In this document: piece after piece, positions 61,862-64,000 of the stretch | How the letters are laid out: every line of letters begins with the position of its first letter | Position numbering within the stretch: position 1 is the first letter of the stretch | Source: Trypanosoma brucei | Taxonomy: Eukaryota | DNA: 64,000 nucleotides | Direction of reading: 5' to 3' | Assembly: GCA_000002445.1 (NCBI GenBank) | Contig: CM000207.1 | Location: 864,001 to 928,000 of the forward strand | Made by a program: the position numbers and the translations under genes | The notes under the pieces: generated by a model | Database searches by the model: none | The model's input: only the letters and a program-made list of their open reading frames with translations | What the model was told of the DNA's origin: nothing

Positions 61862-64000
61862 ATGACTTTCTTGTATCATCGGTGGTACAACGATGACTTT
61901 ACTATAGCGAATACGCCTAGTGGGAGCTTTCGTGATGTCTGCATGACTTGGTCCTATACGGATCCTCGTATCAAGGAAACGACCCTCATTTTTCTTCTTT
62001 CTCCCTCGGTTGCCCTCACCGAAGGAGCTGAGGGTTTCGTGGAACATGGACTACATGCGCTTAAAATAGTTCACATTAGAGGTGCAACCTCCCAACCAAG
62101 CAAAGGGGAGGTGGAAGAGGTAGTTTGCTGCACAGTGGTTGAAATTGTTGGCTCCATCCCTGATGGCGTTGTCCACGGTACAGGAGGCGTGATTTTCCTG
62201 TCAACGCGGCATTTTCTATTTCACATTCCGACCGGGGAACAGAGCCGTACCGGTGGAAAGGAAAGGGAAGACGCACTTGACCACTTTGTGTTTACGGAGA
62301 AGAATAGTTGGGAACGGCGGTGCGGCGTCGTTCGACCTCTTTATGACGTGGAGCCCATACGCCATGTTCTTTATGGAGCTGAAGGTAACAAAAGTCCTGT
62401 GCTTCATATCGTAACAGTGGTCTCACAGCCTTCACCATCCAGTGTGTCAATGCAGAGTGCTGTTGTTGATCTTTTAGTGGTGGCATCTAGCAGGGACGAA
62501 AGGGACATCTCTCAGTACTCGCGAACGGAGCAGGGCCTGCTAGGAAAGACAATCAGTCGGTGGCGCGGCAGTTCAAAAGCGTCCGGTGACTCCTCGGTTG
62601 CCGTTACGCATACTTTTGTGGTAGCGGTGGTACGGTGCGAGATTTCAACATCTGCCGACCGTCCAGCGGCGTGGAAACTGCTCCACCTCCACGTTGACCG
62701 CAATGTCCCATTCCAGAGGCGCCTGGAGGAGTTGACAGGGAGGGAAGACTTGTGTGGTGTTGGTTGTGATCGGAAGGGAAGTAACGCCACCGCCGCCCAC
62801 ATGGATCCGAGTAAGTGTGTTTGGTGTTACCTTCCGAACGAGGGTGGAGCGCGTGCGGGGTATTGTGGCCTCGTATTTGCTTTGGTGCCGCATAAGCCGT
62901 CAACCAAACTCACGTTAGTTTGCGGTAGTTATGACCCGTCGGGGCAGTCCTACCGGGTTGGTTTTGTGAAGGGAGACGATGCGCATGGGGTGGGCCCGCC
63001 CCTCTACGAAGAGAGGGATAATACGGAGGAGATGCTGTGGAGCCTTGCCGAAGGCACTCACACGGTGCAGATGGTCATGATTGGTAGACCGAACGAAGCC
63101 CTGCACGATAATGAAGGTACATGCGGAGGAGCCAACTTTCAAGGTCGTGAAGGGCTTCGTGCTCAGTGGAGGAAAAGCGCCAGCTCCTCCACCTGGATGC
63201 GGAAGTCCGGTTTAGCAACCGTGCTTAGCTTTGTGGTAGACTTTGTTGACGATGGGTTACATAAGAGCAGAAATCTACGGCAGGGTCTCCATGTCGCTGT
63301 TTGTACGGCGTGGGAACGCAACCGACACGGTCGCTTTCCACTACCCCGTACGGTTTGTTGGTTAGGTACCATCCCTCTACCTATTGGACAAGCTGCCACT
63401 TCCGCCGTGTTGTTTCATGCTGAAGGCAACGACGAGGGAATGAATGTGTGGCGTATGATGGATCGGGTGAATCTGTCGGACTGTGCGGCTGTTTGTGATG
63501 ACACCGTTTCGTGGTATCATGCCTTGCCAACGTCCGTTGTCCCAACCGTCGCCGCCCCCGTGAGCCGGACCAACTTGCGGTGTTTTGTCAGTGTGAATAC
63601 ATTGCTAAAAAAAACACAACTCACTTATGTGCTTGACACACGTTTTGTCGAAGAAAAAACATGTGAGGAACAGCGGCCATCTTTACTGTCATCACTGGAA
63701 CTGTCAAAATTGTTCTACACGCGCCCAGCGATCGCGGAGGAAGGACACGGAGCGATGTACAACCGAGGAGCGACCAGCGATGACTGCGCGGACCTAGCCG
63801 CGTACGTAGCCCGTAGTGTGGCGAGTTCCTCTGGACCTCTCATGGTGGCACACATTTTTAACGAGGCGTGGAGGAGTGTGGCGCTAGTGAAGCACCCAGA
63901 AACTGCCGTCCACGCGCATGATGGTGTTGCACGTGATGGATTGCTACCTTCGACAGATGGAGAGATGATTGCGCTTGGTGATACTGTGTGCCACTTCTTG
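61862..64000 (+). CDS. hypothetical protein, 3'-partial (ORF open to the end of the window, over 712 codons)
   Basis: Manual translation from ATG 61862 runs with no stop to nt 64000 (MTFLYHRWYNDDFTIANTPSGSF…GEMIALGDTVCHFL). It is absent from the ORF track because it has no stop within the window. Minus-strand ORFs across it are short. No family recognised. Confidence 0.5.
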   Translation, partial: MTFLYHRWYNDDFTIANTPSGSFRDVCMTWSYTDPRIKETTLIFLLSPSVALTEGAEGFVEHGLHALKIVHIRGATSQPSKGEVEEVVCCTVVEIVGSIPDGVVHGTGGVIFLSTRHFLFHIPTGEQSRTGGKEREDALDHFVFTEKNSWERRCGVVRPLYDVEPIRHVLYGAEGNKSPVLHIVTVVSQPSPSSVSMQSAVVDLLVVASSRDERDISQYSRTEQGLLGKTISRWRGSSKASGDSSVAVTHTFVVAVVRCEISTSADRPAAWKLLHLHVDRNVPFQRRLEELTGREDLCGVGCDRKGSNATAAHMDPSKCVWCYLPNEGGARAGYCGLVFALVPHKPSTKLTLVCGSYDPSGQSYRVGFVKGDDAHGVGPPLYEERDNTEEMLWSLAEGTHTVQMVMIGRPNEALHDNEGTCGGANFQGREGLRAQWRKSASSSTWMRKSGLATVLSFVVDFVDDGLHKSRNLRQGLHVAVCTAWERNRHGRFPLPRTVCWLGTIPLPIGQAATSAVLFHAEGNDEGMNVWRMMDRVNLSDCAAVCDDTVSWYHALPTSVVPTVAAPVSRTNLRCFVSVNTLLKKTQLTYVLDTRFVEEKTCEEQRPSLLSSLELSKLFYTRPAIAEEGHGAMYNRGATSDDCADLAAYVARSVASSSGPLMVAHIFNEAWRSVALVKHPETAVHAHDGVARDGLLPSTDGEMIALGDTVCHFL

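Noticed and set aside
1-64000. Search for tRNA, snoRNA clusters, SL RNA, rRNA and retroposons (ingi/RIME/SLACS)
   Set aside because: No T-loop (GGTTCGAAT-type) plus cloverleaf candidates outside coding sequence. No tandemly repeated box C/D units, no long terminal A-rich retroposon signatures, and no large internal duplications were visible by eye. A covariance-model scan would be needed for certainty.

Overview
The window reads as a kinetoplastid (Trypanosoma brucei-group) nuclear chromosome segment, not a prokaryotic locus. All convincing genes (about 25) are on the + strand, separated by pyrimidine-rich tracts ending in AG and by (TA)n, (TG)n and homopolymer microsatellites. This is the signature of a single polycistronic transcription unit processed by SL trans-splicing and polyadenylation. 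There are no introns, CRISPR arrays, rRNA or tRNA genes, or recognisable retroposons. Housekeeping genes recognised from their translations: GHMP-family phosphomevalonate-like kinase (5'-partial), PCNA, bacterial-length glutaminyl-tRNA synthetase, an MSH3-like MutS homolog, a multi-TM RING-H2 (Hrd1-like) E3 ligase, a Nop56/58 snoRNP protein, an Arp3-like and a divergent actin-like protein, a 2OG-Fe(II)-oxygenase-like protein, a MIF4G (eIF4G-like) protein, a CorA/Mrs2-type Mg2+ channel, a large USP deubiquitinase, the short (1221 aa) kinetoplast-type topoisomerase II, an IQ-motif protein, UFC1 (UFM1-conjugating E2), an OCRL-like inositol 5-phosphatase with a RhoGAP-like tail, ribosomal P2, several hypotheticals, and a long ORF that runs off the 3' edge. 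The ORF track uses GTG/TTG starts; I re-trimmed CDSs to the first plausible ATG. I found no compelling novel multi-gene system; co-orientation here is not functional linkage. The points most worth a second look are: an MTS-like N-terminal extension with alternative in-frame starts on GlnRS; a bacterial DUF1796-like N-terminus on a hypothetical protein; a SHOCT-like motif in front of the CorA channel; and a possibly frameshifted 2OG-oxygenase-like gene. Also notable are a small ORF at 5709..6038 that may be missed by ATG-to-stop callers, and large polypyrimidine/polypurine block switches in the long intergenic regions. All family assignments come from reading motifs by eye and should be confirmed by HMM/BLAST searches.
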